Below, in pieces: positions 37,714-46,892 of a stretch of 64,000 bases of DNA. A program made the translations under genes and the position numbers. Source of the stretch: a phage; assembly GCA_020619395.1 (NCBI GenBank), contig GCA_020619395.1_4860.1; one strand, 5' to 3'. The notes under the pieces were generated by a model. It saw only the letters and a program-made list of their open reading frames with translations. It was not told the origin of the DNA and ran no database searches. The number at the start of each line of letters is the position of its first letter. Position 1 is the first letter of the stretch.

Positions 37714-39759
37714 ATGACTTTTATTCCACGAAACGGCGCGCCGTTGAATAACAAGCAAGGTTGGCAGGATAACTCTGTCCCCGAGCTTGTGCGTACCCCT
37801 ACGGGTGACGCAATTCATAAGCCGCTGATCTTCACCTTTGCCGCGCGCGGGGTAGACAACGAGGCGTTCCCGTTAACCGGGGATAATGCACTGTCTCTGC
37901 TTGGTCGCAATGTCTTTGACTTGCGAGGCCCCTACGCGACGTTCAACACGCCCTATCAGGCGATGTTCAACGCTAACGCAAACGAGTGTATGTATCAGCG
38001 CTTGATCCCTGAAGATGCGAAAACCGCAAGTGTTCGCGTATTCGCCGACGTACTCGAAACGAAAGTTCCGTCCTACGAACGCGACAGCAACGGGATCGTT
38101 CAGTACGACAACTCGGGCAAGCCCAAGATCGAAGAACAAGTTGACGGTTTGGTAATCGTCTTCCGTTCTGTCGTAATCGACGAAACTACCCCGGCCATCG
38201 GCGCAGGTGTGGTTATCGAGGGGACGATGACTGGCGAAGGCGGCACGAAATCGAAGCTGTATCCGTTGTTCGATATCGCAGGCCCGTATGCGGGTGCTGA
38301 CGTCAACGGTTTCGGTTTCAAACTGATCCCACTCAGCGAGAAATCCAGCCCGGCTCTGACCTCCTCCTATCAAAATGAAGTCGGTGGTCGTGTTTACACC
38401 CTGCAATGGTTCGAAACCCTGGCAGGCGTGACTTCTCCGGTAGTGTGGAAAACTCTTACTGGCATGAGTAGCATCAATTTTAGCTTTAAGCCCGATGCAT
38501 ACTATCAGCCGATGAGAACGCAACTCGACTTCGAAGTTGTTGTTGCGGATGCATATCGTCAGACGATGCCTGACATTGGCGAGCTGCCAGATTATGGTCC
38601 TTTCGAGCAGTTCTATCTGTATCGCGAGAACCTGGAAACTGTACTGGGCTTGGCTCAGGCCGCTATCACAACTGATGCGCCTGCTGACCCGTATATGGTT
38701 GACATCTTTGGCGGCTATGATTTACTGGGCCAGCCTTACGATGGTCTTCAGGTAAACCCGGCTACTGAAACCGGTAAAGTTGTGTTCTCCGCATCCAACA
38801 TCCACTACCTGCAAGGTGGTAGCGATGGTACCATGAACAACGACGTTTACGACGAACTCGTTCGCCGTGAAATGCTGCTGTTCCCGGATGGCGGTAAAGT
38901 CCGTTACGACAACGAGCTGAAATACTCGCTGGGTTGTTTCTGGGACTCTGGCTTTAGCTTCGATACTAAAGCTGCGCTCGTGAACTTCATCGGTCGTTCA
39001 CGTAACACCTTCTTGACGCTGGCGACTCACGTTCACAACCAAGGTCGTAACGATGAGCAGACAGAAGAAAGTGCAAAAATCGCCCTGATCGAATTGATCA
39101 CTGCGGTACCGGAATCTGCCTATTACGGTACTCCGGCTGCACGTGGTATGGTCACTGGCCAATCGGCGTTCATCAAGAACTCTTCCTACAAGAAGCCTGT
39201 TCCGATGAACTATTCCCTGGCGAACTTCTTCTCGAAGTACCTGGGTGCTGCTGAAGGTCGTGCAAAACCGGCTTATCGTTTCAGCCGTGGCGAACTGACG
39301 ATTATCGAAGATCTGACTGACCTGAGTATGCCGTGGAAAGGCAACGAAGTGTATGCATCTGACTGGGATGTGTCGCTGATCACTGCCCGTTCCTACGACT
39401 ACTATCGCTTGTTCATTCCGGCGATTCAGTCAATCTACAGCGAAGATCGTTCTGTACTGAACAACGCCCTGTTCAACTTCATGATGACCTACGTCTATCG
39501 TGTTTCCGACCGTGTATGGGCGGACATGTCTGGCGAAGCGGCCATGACGGATGATGAACGTGCGAAGATGATTGAGAACAAAATTATCGAACGTCTGGAA
39601 GGCCGTCTCGATAACGTTGCTGTCGTCACTCCGAAGGCGTACTTCACTGCAGACGATAAATCCAATGGTTACTCTGTGACGCTGGACCTGATCGCTGAAG
39701 GCGGTGTGCTGCTCACCCAGTTCAACACCACTATCAAAGTTTACCGTCGGGAGAGCTAA
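37714..39759 (+). CDS. tail sheath protein candidate (681 aa)
   Basis: size and position directly upstream of a 291 aa gene, like a myovirus sheath-tube pair; GGAG RBS; shared terminator after the pair. Confidence 0.45.
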   Translation: MTFIPRNGAPLNNKQGWQDNSVPELVRTPTGDAIHKPLIFTFAARGVDNEAFPLTGDNALSLLGRNVFDLRGPYATFNTPYQAMFNANANECMYQRLIPEDAKTASVRVFADVLETKVPSYERDSNGIVQYDNSGKPKIEEQVDGLVIVFRSVVIDETTPAIGAGVVIEGTMTGEGGTKSKLYPLFDIAGPYAGADVNGFGFKLIPLSEKSSPALTSSYQNEVGGRVYTLQWFETLAGVTSPVVWKTLTGMSSINFSFKPDAYYQPMRTQLDFEVVVADAYRQTMPDIGELPDYGPFEQFYLYRENLETVLGLAQAAITTDAPADPYMVDIFGGYDLLGQPYDGLQVNPATETGKVVFSASNIHYLQGGSDGTMNNDVYDELVRREMLLFPDGGKVRYDNELKYSLGCFWDSGFSFDTKAALVNFIGRSRNTFLTLATHVHNQGRNDEQTEESAKIALIELITAVPESAYYGTPAARGMVTGQSAFIKNSSYKKPVPMNYSLANFFSKYLGAAEGRAKPAYRFSRGELTIIEDLTDLSMPWKGNEVYASDWDVSLITARSYDYYRLFIPAIQSIYSEDRSVLNNALFNFMMTYVYRVSDRVWADMSGEAAMTDDERAKMIENKIIERLEGRLDNVAVVTPKAYFTADDKSNGYSVTLDLIAEGGVLLTQFNTTIKVYRRES

Positions 39760-39762
39760 TAG

Positions 39763-40638
39763 ATGGCAATCAAAGATCGTCTCATTTTGCCTGATCAGGG
39801 TCTGCACGTCGACGGCGGCCAGTACGATATGGTCAACGCGTTCTCCTCGGGCCAAAACGGCCCGGTTGGACAGGTTGGCAAGTTCGTTACTAACGCCTCT
39901 CGTCTGCGTCGTAACGTCATTGCGCGTGTCATGGAATTCCCTCGTTGGGTGGATTACATGCCGAACCCGCAAATGTGGCGTCAGGCTATCAAGTCCTTTA
40001 TCGAGGTTCACTCCGAGATTACTGGTCTGGATAAAACCCTGAGCCATGCGGCAGTTGAAACTCAACAGGGCCGTAACAACCGCACCCAGTATGAAGCTGG
40101 TCTGGTAACGGAAGCACTGTCCTCTGTTACCTTCACCACCCCGGATAAACTCGGGAAGGTGTACCAGAACATGCTGTGGGCGTGGCTGGTTTACGGTGTT
40201 TGCGATCCCCAGACTGGTCACCCAGGCCTGGCCGCAATCAACCCGAACGTTCCTGACCACCTGCCGGATATGTACAGCATGACCGTGCTGTTCATCGAAC
40301 CGGATGCATATCAGCGTAAACCGCAGAATGCGTGGTGGTTAACGAACATGATTCCGGAAACCGCCGGCCAGGATATCGGTGAGCGTGAAACCAACACCGG
40401 TCCGCAGATTAACGAACTGTCAATCGCCTTTACCTCCCAGCAATGGACAGGTTGGGGTCCGATGCAGGCTGCTGCGAAAGAGCTGGAGCGTATGAAGCTG
40501 TACGGTCTGCGTCCTTACGAGCGCAAACTGTGGCTTACTCCGTCTCAGCAGACCGATGGTATCAACCCGGACGTCAACGCAACCCCAGGTGGCTACAACT
40601 CTGTCTCCGACGAGCAGATGGCCAACCAGATGCGCTAA
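39763..40638 (+). CDS. tail tube protein candidate (291 aa)
   Basis: follows the 681 aa gene after a 3-nt gap; bidirectional terminator directly downstream. Confidence 0.4.
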   Translation: MAIKDRLILPDQGLHVDGGQYDMVNAFSSGQNGPVGQVGKFVTNASRLRRNVIARVMEFPRWVDYMPNPQMWRQAIKSFIEVHSEITGLDKTLSHAAVETQQGRNNRTQYEAGLVTEALSSVTFTTPDKLGKVYQNMLWAWLVYGVCDPQTGHPGLAAINPNVPDHLPDMYSMTVLFIEPDAYQRKPQNAWWLTNMIPETAGQDIGERETNTGPQINELSIAFTSQQWTGWGPMQAAAKELERMKLYGLRPYERKLWLTPSQQTDGINPDVNATPGGYNSVSDEQMANQMR

Positions 40639-40640
40639 GA

Positions 40641-40696
40641 CAAAAAAAAACAAGCGTTACCTCTCTCCATTTGGAGAGAGGTACGTTTTATTTTTT
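40641..40696. terminator. bidirectional intrinsic terminator (A-run, TACCTCTCTCC...GGAGAGAGGTA, T-run)
   Basis: 11-bp stem between convergent genes. Confidence 0.7.
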
Positions 40697-41230
40697 CGGT
40701 TGGCCAGCATCAATTTCACGCTGCGCATTGGCACGAATCAGCAAGTTCTTGATTTGCAGCAATAACAGATAGGTTACGAGCACATCGAATTCAGACGGTG
40801 GTTGAACATCACCCAAGTCAGGGTGGGCAATCTTCCAGAGAGACATCCCGTCTTTATAACCTTGCCCTGATTCTGCCGCGAGAATGTCGTTGGCGGACAT
40901 GCTAATGAGTTCGTGTTCCAGCCGACGGAGTACATCGTCACCCAATTCTACCTGCAACAGACATTTAAAGCGAATGATAAAACCCGCGATAATACGACCG
41001 CTACTACCTTTGGTGATCGTGTCGAGAAAACGTTGGTAGCCGTTGATGGTGTGCGGGATGATTTCAACCGGATATTCGGCAATGGTTTCGAAAGCATCTT
41101 CCAGTATAGCTTTCATGGACAACGTAAACACGTCACCGATCTGATTGATGTGGCGAATAATGTCTTCACGTTTCATATCAGATGGAATCGGTTTGATATC
41201 ATCCTGACCGAGAGTATTAAGTTGCTTCAT
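40688..41230 (-). CDS. hypothetical protein (about 180 aa; start at internal ATG)
   Basis: GGAG 5 nt upstream of the ATG at 41230. Confidence 0.5.
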   Translation of the reverse strand: MKQLNTLGQDDIKPIPSDMKREDIIRHINQIGDVFTLSMKAILEDAFETIAEYPVEIIPHTINGYQRFLDTITKGSSGRIIAGFIIRFKCLLQVELGDDVLRRLEHELISMSANDILAAESGQGYKDGMSLWKIAHPDLGDVQPPSEFDVLVTYLLLLQIKNLLIRANAQREIDAGQPKK

Positions 41231-41285
41231 TGTAGCTCCAAAATCAAAAAAAAATAGGGCAGTCATAAGACCACCCCATTGTTTA

Positions 41286-41489
41286 CTACTTCCGACCGTA
41301 TAGCGAAGCAAGCCCTTCTAACTGCAGCGGCTTCGGCATAGGTTTAGGGAAGGTGACGGTGAGACCGATTTCCTCGTGTGACGCAATGGTGCCATCCCAA
41401 CGTAACCCAGTAGCAGGATTCACATTAGGATGACATTCCACTTTAGCCCCGAGTAGCTCAGCGAGTTCCTTTGGGCTGGACGGAATCAT
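41286..41489 (-). CDS. small hypothetical protein (67 aa)
   Basis: short ORF abutting the upstream gene. Confidence 0.4.
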   Translation of the reverse strand: MIPSSPKELAELLGAKVECHPNVNPATGLRWDGTIASHEEIGLTVTFPKPMPKPLQLEGLASLYGRK

Positions 41490-41977
41490 TATTCGTCGTC
41501 TTCGTCTTCTTCATCGGTTGCCATCATGGACTTGGCAAACTCTTTACGCAGCTTGCCTTCCAACGCTTTAGACTTTGGAGAACCGAAACCGTAAGAGATG
41601 GACGCTGCCCATTCTTTCTGAGTTGGGTTTTCAGTAACCGGGCGAGAGAACACGGTAGAGAATGCTGCGTTACCGATATCCAGCGTTAAGTCCAGTGCAC
41701 CGATATCGCTATCCGCTTTCGCACGGTCAGCAATCAGACCACCGGCAACGCCACCGAACAGTTCAGTGAAGTTTGCGTCGTGCTGTCGCAGAGCGTCCGC
41801 GTCTTCCAGTGTGAAGCGATAGTCCACATCCCCAACTTTCGTTACGGGGAGTGTTTCTTCGTAAATCTTAACCAGCGGGTCGGCGTTCAGCGCCAGGTCT
41901 TCGGACAGGGTTGCTGCCGGCGTGTCCAGTTCAGCGATCAGTTTGTGCAGTGCTTTCATTGAAGTTACTTCAGCCAT
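41489..41977 (-). CDS. hypothetical acidic protein (162 aa)
   Basis: conserved leader CTTAAGGAATATTAAG-ATG; poly-acidic C-terminus. Confidence 0.6.
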   Translation of the reverse strand: MAEVTSMKALHKLIAELDTPAATLSEDLALNADPLVKIYEETLPVTKVGDVDYRFTLEDADALRQHDANFTELFGGVAGGLIADRAKADSDIGALDLTLDIGNAAFSTVFSRPVTENPTQKEWAASISYGFGSPKSKALEGKLRKEFAKSMMATDEEDEDDE

Positions 41978-42003
41978 CTTAATATTCCTTAAGGTCAGTG
42001 TGA

Positions 42004-42675
42004 TTAATCGTGTGAAAGACGAGCTTCGAGGTCGTCGATAATGGTATCTGTGAAATAGCTAATATCTAGCTGCTCCACGAAATCCCTGCGTTCCAGAATG
42101 CGCTCTGCGAAGAGCGTACCGTACCAACTAGGGACATTACTAACACCGTTGCGTCCGAACTTCTGTTGGACGTGACCAACGGCATGGAATTTTGCATCGC
42201 CTTTACTTTTACCCTGTTCACGGGCAAACAGATAAGAACGGTGCATGTAATTGCTCACGTCATCTACAGACGGTATACCACGGTCAGCTGCGGCAACTAT
42301 CTCAGAGACAATCCCGTTGTAGTTCCCTTTGTGAGAACTGCGGTGTTCTAAGACTGCATGGGCAATCGTCAAACATTCATCATCGGTAAGTTTATACTTA
42401 CGTTTGAGCACTGGCTTGTTATCCAGTATCCAGCTATACCCTTTGATGTGGTGCGACGCACGGTCTTCTTTGGTAGAGAAGATATCGTGAGCTGCCACCG
42501 CAATCAGTATCAGCTTCAGGTGTTCGGTTTGCCCAAGCATATACGCGATACGAATCGCATTTGATTTAACTGAGTTGATGTGATCCATGCGATGCGCACT
42601 ATCGGTATAACGATAGAAGTCGCGGAATTGACGAACCAGTTTTTCCCAAAGTTTGTTGAGTTCAGTGCCCTGCAT
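42004..42675 (-). CDS. HD-domain metal-dependent phosphohydrolase
   Basis: H...HD...H...H pattern: AHRMDH, AAHDIF, HAVLEHRSSH; conserved leader GTAAGGAATATTTAC-ATG. Confidence 0.5.
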   Translation of the reverse strand: MQGTELNKLWEKLVRQFRDFYRYTDSAHRMDHINSVKSNAIRIAYMLGQTEHLKLILIAVAAHDIFSTKEDRASHHIKGYSWILDNKPVLKRKYKLTDDECLTIAHAVLEHRSSHKGNYNGIVSEIVAAADRGIPSVDDVSNYMHRSYLFAREQGKSKGDAKFHAVGHVQQKFGRNGVSNVPSWYGTLFAERILERRDFVEQLDISYFTDTIIDDLEARLSHD

Positions 42676-42709
42676 GTAAATATTCCTTACGATAATGGTC
42701 GATTAACTA

Positions 42710-43099
42710 CTACGAGAATGTGTGATAGCAACGTGTCAGTGTAACCTTCACGTTATCAGAATGGTCTTCGTTGGTATACACCACCGGCCAGATAATGTTA
42801 TCAGACGAAAGCGCCTTTGATAACCCTTCAATCAATTCCTTCATTGAGGTTCCCTTCAGCCGATGGGTCGTACGCCACCTGTGTGACGTCATACGGCTAT
42901 AAACCACCATATCTGGTGTAAGGGTACTACTTTCCTCTTTAATCTCCTCTAAACGCTTCTCCTCGCTTTCTACGAAGCTTAGTAAAGCATCCGGATTTCG
43001 AACAAACTCACCGAAACGATCGTCTCGGCGCAAGCCACAAAGAACCCATAGCGTGAATGGGTCTCTGCACGCATCTACTAACCCCTCTGCGATTTTCAT
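42710..43099 (-). CDS. hypothetical protein (129 aa), possible paralog of the next gene
   Basis: N-terminal RDPFTLWVLCG resembles QDPFVAMMLCA of the gene at 43154-43552. Confidence 0.5.
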   Translation of the reverse strand: MKIAEGLVDACRDPFTLWVLCGLRRDDRFGEFVRNPDALLSFVESEEKRLEEIKEESSTLTPDMVVYSRMTSHRWRTTHRLKGTSMKELIEGLSKALSSDNIIWPVVYTNEDHSDNVKVTLTRCYHTFS

Positions 43100-43153
43100 T
43101 TTATTCCTTCCTACACAGTCAAAGGATTTGTACGATTCGTGATTTTTGAGAGA

Positions 43154-43552
43154 TCAGATTAGCTGCTCAGCGCGCAAACGTCTCAAAGTGTTCGTTGCTG
43201 TAACAAGAACATCTTGCAATTCTTGCATTGCTTTACCATCAAAGAACGGTTTAAGATGCAGGTCGCTAGTGATGAGTCCGCCGTATTTGTACGGTAGGTC
43301 TGTAATATCACAGACGATGGGATTTTTTGCTCGCCACTCTTCATCAGCAACGAGAATAAGAAACTTCCAGGCGTCTTGATTGCCGAGCGATTCACCGGTT
43401 TCTGGCTTGTAGAGTTCTTTTAAACGTTTATCGCGCTCGGAGATAAGGTATTCGTCATCAGTCAACAGACGAATTAAATCGGCTTCGTTGCTCTCGGCTT
43501 TAGCACAAAGCATCATGGCAACAAACGGGTCTTGGCGTAGTTGGTTAGTCAT
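43154..43552 (-). CDS. hypothetical protein (132 aa)
   Basis: conserved leader AGAAGGAGTATTTACA-ATG. Confidence 0.55.
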   Translation of the reverse strand: MTNQLRQDPFVAMMLCAKAESNEADLIRLLTDDEYLISERDKRLKELYKPETGESLGNQDAWKFLILVADEEWRAKNPIVCDITDLPYKYGGLITSDLHLKPFFDGKAMQELQDVLVTATNTLRRLRAEQLI

Positions 43553-43698
43553 TGTAAATACTCCTTCTGGGTAATAGTCGATTAAAGCGTTAACGTGTAA
43601 CGCTCACCTAAGTAATATATATCTCAGTTCTTTTTGAATGCAATTAATAAAATAAAAAGACTCACCCGTATCCGAAGATAGGATGAGCCTAGTGGAGC

Positions 43699-44247
43699 TT
43701 AGACTTGCAGTAGTGTCCCCGAGTGACTAATCGGGTCATTGTAGAACGCTTCACACTGGAGGCAAATGCCATCAATGTTCGGTTCTTCAGTTCGCGACCA
43801 TATTGCCGCGCCACCTTGCAAAATCCATTCTCGACAGTTACGACCATAATCGTCGACAAGCAAATTACCTCGCGAGGCGTAAGCTTTCTTCTGCCCTGAA
43901 CTTTCGGTGACGATGACTTTGTCAGCTGGTACCCCAAAGTGCTTCATGAACCACCGTTGTTTTGAATCCACAACCAATTGGTGGTCGTAGTGATCTTCTG
44001 ACCCAGAGGTGAGTATTGCCCAACTGTCGCAAAGTCTATCTACCGTTTCCAGGATTCGCTCTACACCCTCAATTGGTTCGAGTTTGTAAAACAAGTCAGG
44101 ATCGTTCTGATACATCGAACGAACCAAACTACGACGACGGAGTTCAGGTAATGCGTTAAACTCTTTAATCGTCATTCCGGGAAAATGTGTGGATAAAACG
44201 TATTTACGCCAGCGTGCAAAAACGCCATCGCTATCCAGATAAAACAT
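43699..44247 (-). CDS. HAD-superfamily 5'(3')-deoxyribonucleotidase-like phosphatase
   Basis: start at internal ATG with TAAGGA upstream gives MFYLDSDGVFA, the DxDGV nucleophile motif; later LLVDDYGRN. Confidence 0.5.
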   Translation of the reverse strand: MFYLDSDGVFARWRKYVLSTHFPGMTIKEFNALPELRRRSLVRSMYQNDPDLFYKLEPIEGVERILETVDRLCDSWAILTSGSEDHYDHQLVVDSKQRWFMKHFGVPADKVIVTESSGQKKAYASRGNLLVDDYGRNCREWILQGGAAIWSRTEEPNIDGICLQCEAFYNDPISHSGTLLQV

Positions 44248-44300
44248 TTTCTTGTCCTTATTTTGTTCCCCAACACATGAAACCAACGTCATGTAAAAAA

Positions 44301-44600
44301 TTACATCTGCTTTATTGCCATATTCGAACGATACGGCTCAGTGAGTAGAAAGTAAGTACGGCGATAGTCGATTGTCACTCCGGCCTCTTTAATGTCGCAA
44401 TAGAGCGCCATGATATCTAGCGACGCGATTCCGGAGATAATGTTATTAACCTTGCGTTTTGTATCAAAACGTTCCGATAAGATTTCGGCAAGCACTTCCT
44501 TACCAGCCTTTCCTTGGATGGCGTAGATCGCTAACGCTTTCAGTTCTTCCGGCGTCAAACAACGAAGGGTCGGAGGTATTGCGATGTTAACGACCTTCAT
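44301..44600 (-). CDS. hypothetical protein (about 99 aa)
   Basis: the listed ORF begins at GTG; the internal ATG at 44600 is the more likely start. Confidence 0.4.
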   Translation of the reverse strand: MKVVNIAIPPTLRCLTPEELKALAIYAIQGKAGKEVLAEILSERFDTKRKVNNIISGIASLDIMALYCDIKEAGVTIDYRRTYFLLTEPYRSNMAIKQM

Positions 44601-44655
44601 GCGTCCCCCTACTGTAGTGGTTTTTAGTTGTGATTTGCAGACCACGAACTAGGCA

Positions 44656-45285
44656 CTACGGTGAAACGACGTATTCGTTCAGTGCGTTATCAAAAGCAGT
44701 ACGCGTAGTGGCGACCGCCTCCGAGACCTTAACTTCACTGCGCTCCCAGTTGACGCTGATAACCAGTCGATAAAATTCGCCGGCTTTCAACAGTTGACTG
44801 GTAGACAGGCGCACGTCTTGTCCGAAACTTAAGTGATAGACAAAAACATGGCCACCGTTGCGAAGTTCTGACAACCGCATCTCGCCCAGGTAAATCGGTT
44901 TGATATCCCAGTTCGACATGCGGTGCGGTACAATCCATACTTCACCCGCCCGATTCGGTTCCTGCGTCAGGTTGACCGAAGGCTGCGCTACATCACGTTC
45001 ATCAAAACCGTAAAGATACAATCGTGTGGGTATTTCGATTGCAGAGAAGTTGTGACGTGCACCCTTAATCGCTCGCTCTAAATCGACCGAGCAGCAAATC
45101 CGGGGTACGGTCTTGTCTTCATCTGGCGCGCACGAAAGTGGGATACGCGGCGAAAACGTCGGTATCTTACACTTGCTTAAATGCAGCGGCTGTTCAGTCA
45201 GTTTACGCAACGTCAACTTTTTGGCGACGTGCGGCATCTGGCGTTCACACCACCGCTCTAATGACGGGTCGATATGTTCTGCCAT
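44656..45285 (-). CDS. hypothetical protein (209 aa)
   Basis: AGGAG upstream of ATG. Confidence 0.6.
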   Translation of the reverse strand: MAEHIDPSLERWCERQMPHVAKKLTLRKLTEQPLHLSKCKIPTFSPRIPLSCAPDEDKTVPRICCSVDLERAIKGARHNFSAIEIPTRLYLYGFDERDVAQPSVNLTQEPNRAGEVWIVPHRMSNWDIKPIYLGEMRLSELRNGGHVFVYHLSFGQDVRLSTSQLLKAGEFYRLVISVNWERSEVKVSEAVATTRTAFDNALNEYVVSP

Positions 45286-45288
45286 TTT

Positions 45289-46092
45289 TTACCAGCTCCT
45301 TACACCCATGCCCATTACCCGCAGATTGGACACTTTCGGAGCCAGCTGCAGGTATTCCTGCGCGAGTTGCTGGAGAGCACCACGACGGGACTCAGTGGCA
45401 ACAGCGCTGGTCGTTGTCGGATTGTACAGAATGTCTTCCAACACTTGACGACTGATAGGGCGGTCGACGTAAGTGCGAGTAGATTCCTGTGCCACTTTAC
45501 TACCGCGTTGAATCGCAGAGTATTTGTTACAGATTTGCAGGCCATCTTCAATAACCCAGTCAAAGGTGACCAGTTTATCGATGCGGCGTACGATTGTCGT
45601 ACCCAGACGACCTTCACGAACGATAGCACGCAGTGAGAAACACACGTTCTGATGTGGGTTCTCTAGTGCTTCCGCCAGAAGCGGACCACGTTCACGGTTA
45701 GGTTTAATCCAACCCCAGATTTCCATCACCGGCAGACCGTTACACATCTGGTCGGTCGGCTTCACTTCTACTTCGCGAATGTGCATACACACGTTACGCG
45801 TTTCGATCCATTCGTTACGTTCGATCCACTGGGCTTCGCTCATGCCTTGTTCGTATTGCGGATGGTCTTCTTCACCGAAGAGATTCCCCGCTAAAACTTT
45901 ACGCATGAAAACGTTAGAGCGCTCGAAGACATGTTTTGACTCGTTATAGGCGTAGTAAATATTCTCAGAGTTGAAAATATTCAGTGCACCTAACAGGACG
46001 TAGTAATATCCGTCCGCATCTTTCTTTAGCGTTGCCCCTTTATTGACCCCAGCGAGTGCCACGCAGTTATAACGTAGTGACAAGTTTTCCAT
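45289..46092 (-). CDS. hypothetical protein (267 aa)
   Basis: ORF in the virion-gene block. Confidence 0.55.
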   Translation of the reverse strand: MENLSLRYNCVALAGVNKGATLKKDADGYYYVLLGALNIFNSENIYYAYNESKHVFERSNVFMRKVLAGNLFGEEDHPQYEQGMSEAQWIERNEWIETRNVCMHIREVEVKPTDQMCNGLPVMEIWGWIKPNRERGPLLAEALENPHQNVCFSLRAIVREGRLGTTIVRRIDKLVTFDWVIEDGLQICNKYSAIQRGSKVAQESTRTYVDRPISRQVLEDILYNPTTTSAVATESRRGALQQLAQEYLQLAPKVSNLRVMGMGVRSW

Positions 46093-46154
46093 TGGTTTCC
46101 CCAGTTGTTATTACCGAAGCGGGTTATTGGGGACGTACAATAACCCTACCTCAG

Positions 46155-46883
46155 TTACCTCATATACAAATCCTCGAGTGGCTCTGCACGTACCGGATCG
46201 ACCTGGAGTGCAGAACGGATACCCTGTTTCAGTTCCACATCTGCAATCTTGGCCAACCGGGAAGTTTTGTTCAATGAACCTGAACGCAGCGGAATAAACT
46301 GCACCCGATTCATCAAATCGCTGTCTTTTTTCAGGGTGTAGCGGAAATACGTCCGCGGGTCGCCAACCTTACGCTGTGTGTGGGCAGCATAACAGTCAGC
46401 GGTGATCTGGTCGTTAAAGACCGTAAAGCCGTTCCACGTCTTAGTGTCAGACAATAGCTCAGCGTCATCTACTGCGGTGTACCAGAAAGGCCGGTTTCCG
46501 AAGTCGTAGATGTACGAAGCGATGTTGTAGACTGGCGAGGAGAGCACTTGCAGCATTCGGTTGGGGAACACCACCGTGCCGGGGTCAAAACGGAACTCGT
46601 AATACGGCACACCCTGAACATCAATTTCCTCAAACGCCGACGGGGTAATTTCAATGAACGTCGTGACGTTCGATACCCCGTAGGTTTTGCGGTCAGTGGA
46701 GATAGCGAAAATGCCGACGATTTCGACTTGCGAAGAAATTACCGCCAGCTCTTTAGCCACGAAGCCAACAGGGATGTAAATGTAACATCCCCCTTTGGTG
46801 ATGGTGGCCGTGCCTTGGTCCACTAAATCTGCATGAATTTTCGTCGCGTCACGACGTGCTGTTTCAATGGCGCTCACGACCAC
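46155..46883 (-). CDS. hypothetical protein (242 aa)
   Basis: ORF in series. Confidence 0.55.
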   Translation of the reverse strand: MVVSAIETARRDATKIHADLVDQGTATITKGGCYIYIPVGFVAKELAVISSQVEIVGIFAISTDRKTYGVSNVTTFIEITPSAFEEIDVQGVPYYEFRFDPGTVVFPNRMLQVLSSPVYNIASYIYDFGNRPFWYTAVDDAELLSDTKTWNGFTVFNDQITADCYAAHTQRKVGDPRTYFRYTLKKDSDLMNRVQFIPLRSGSLNKTSRLAKIADVELKQGIRSALQVDPVRAEPLEDLYMR

Positions 46884-46892
46884 CTCTCTTTA

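Noticed and set aside
39430-40260. 276 aa minus-strand ORF, and the similar one at 37873-38523
   Set aside because: Antisense to the sheath and tube candidate genes; no RBS; shadow-ORF composition.
43611-43627. Extra copies of the promoter-like motif at 43611 (AGTAATATATATCTCAG) and 42059 (GCTAATATCTAGCT)
   Set aside because: Too divergent from the 15-mer consensus, and the second lies inside a coding region.
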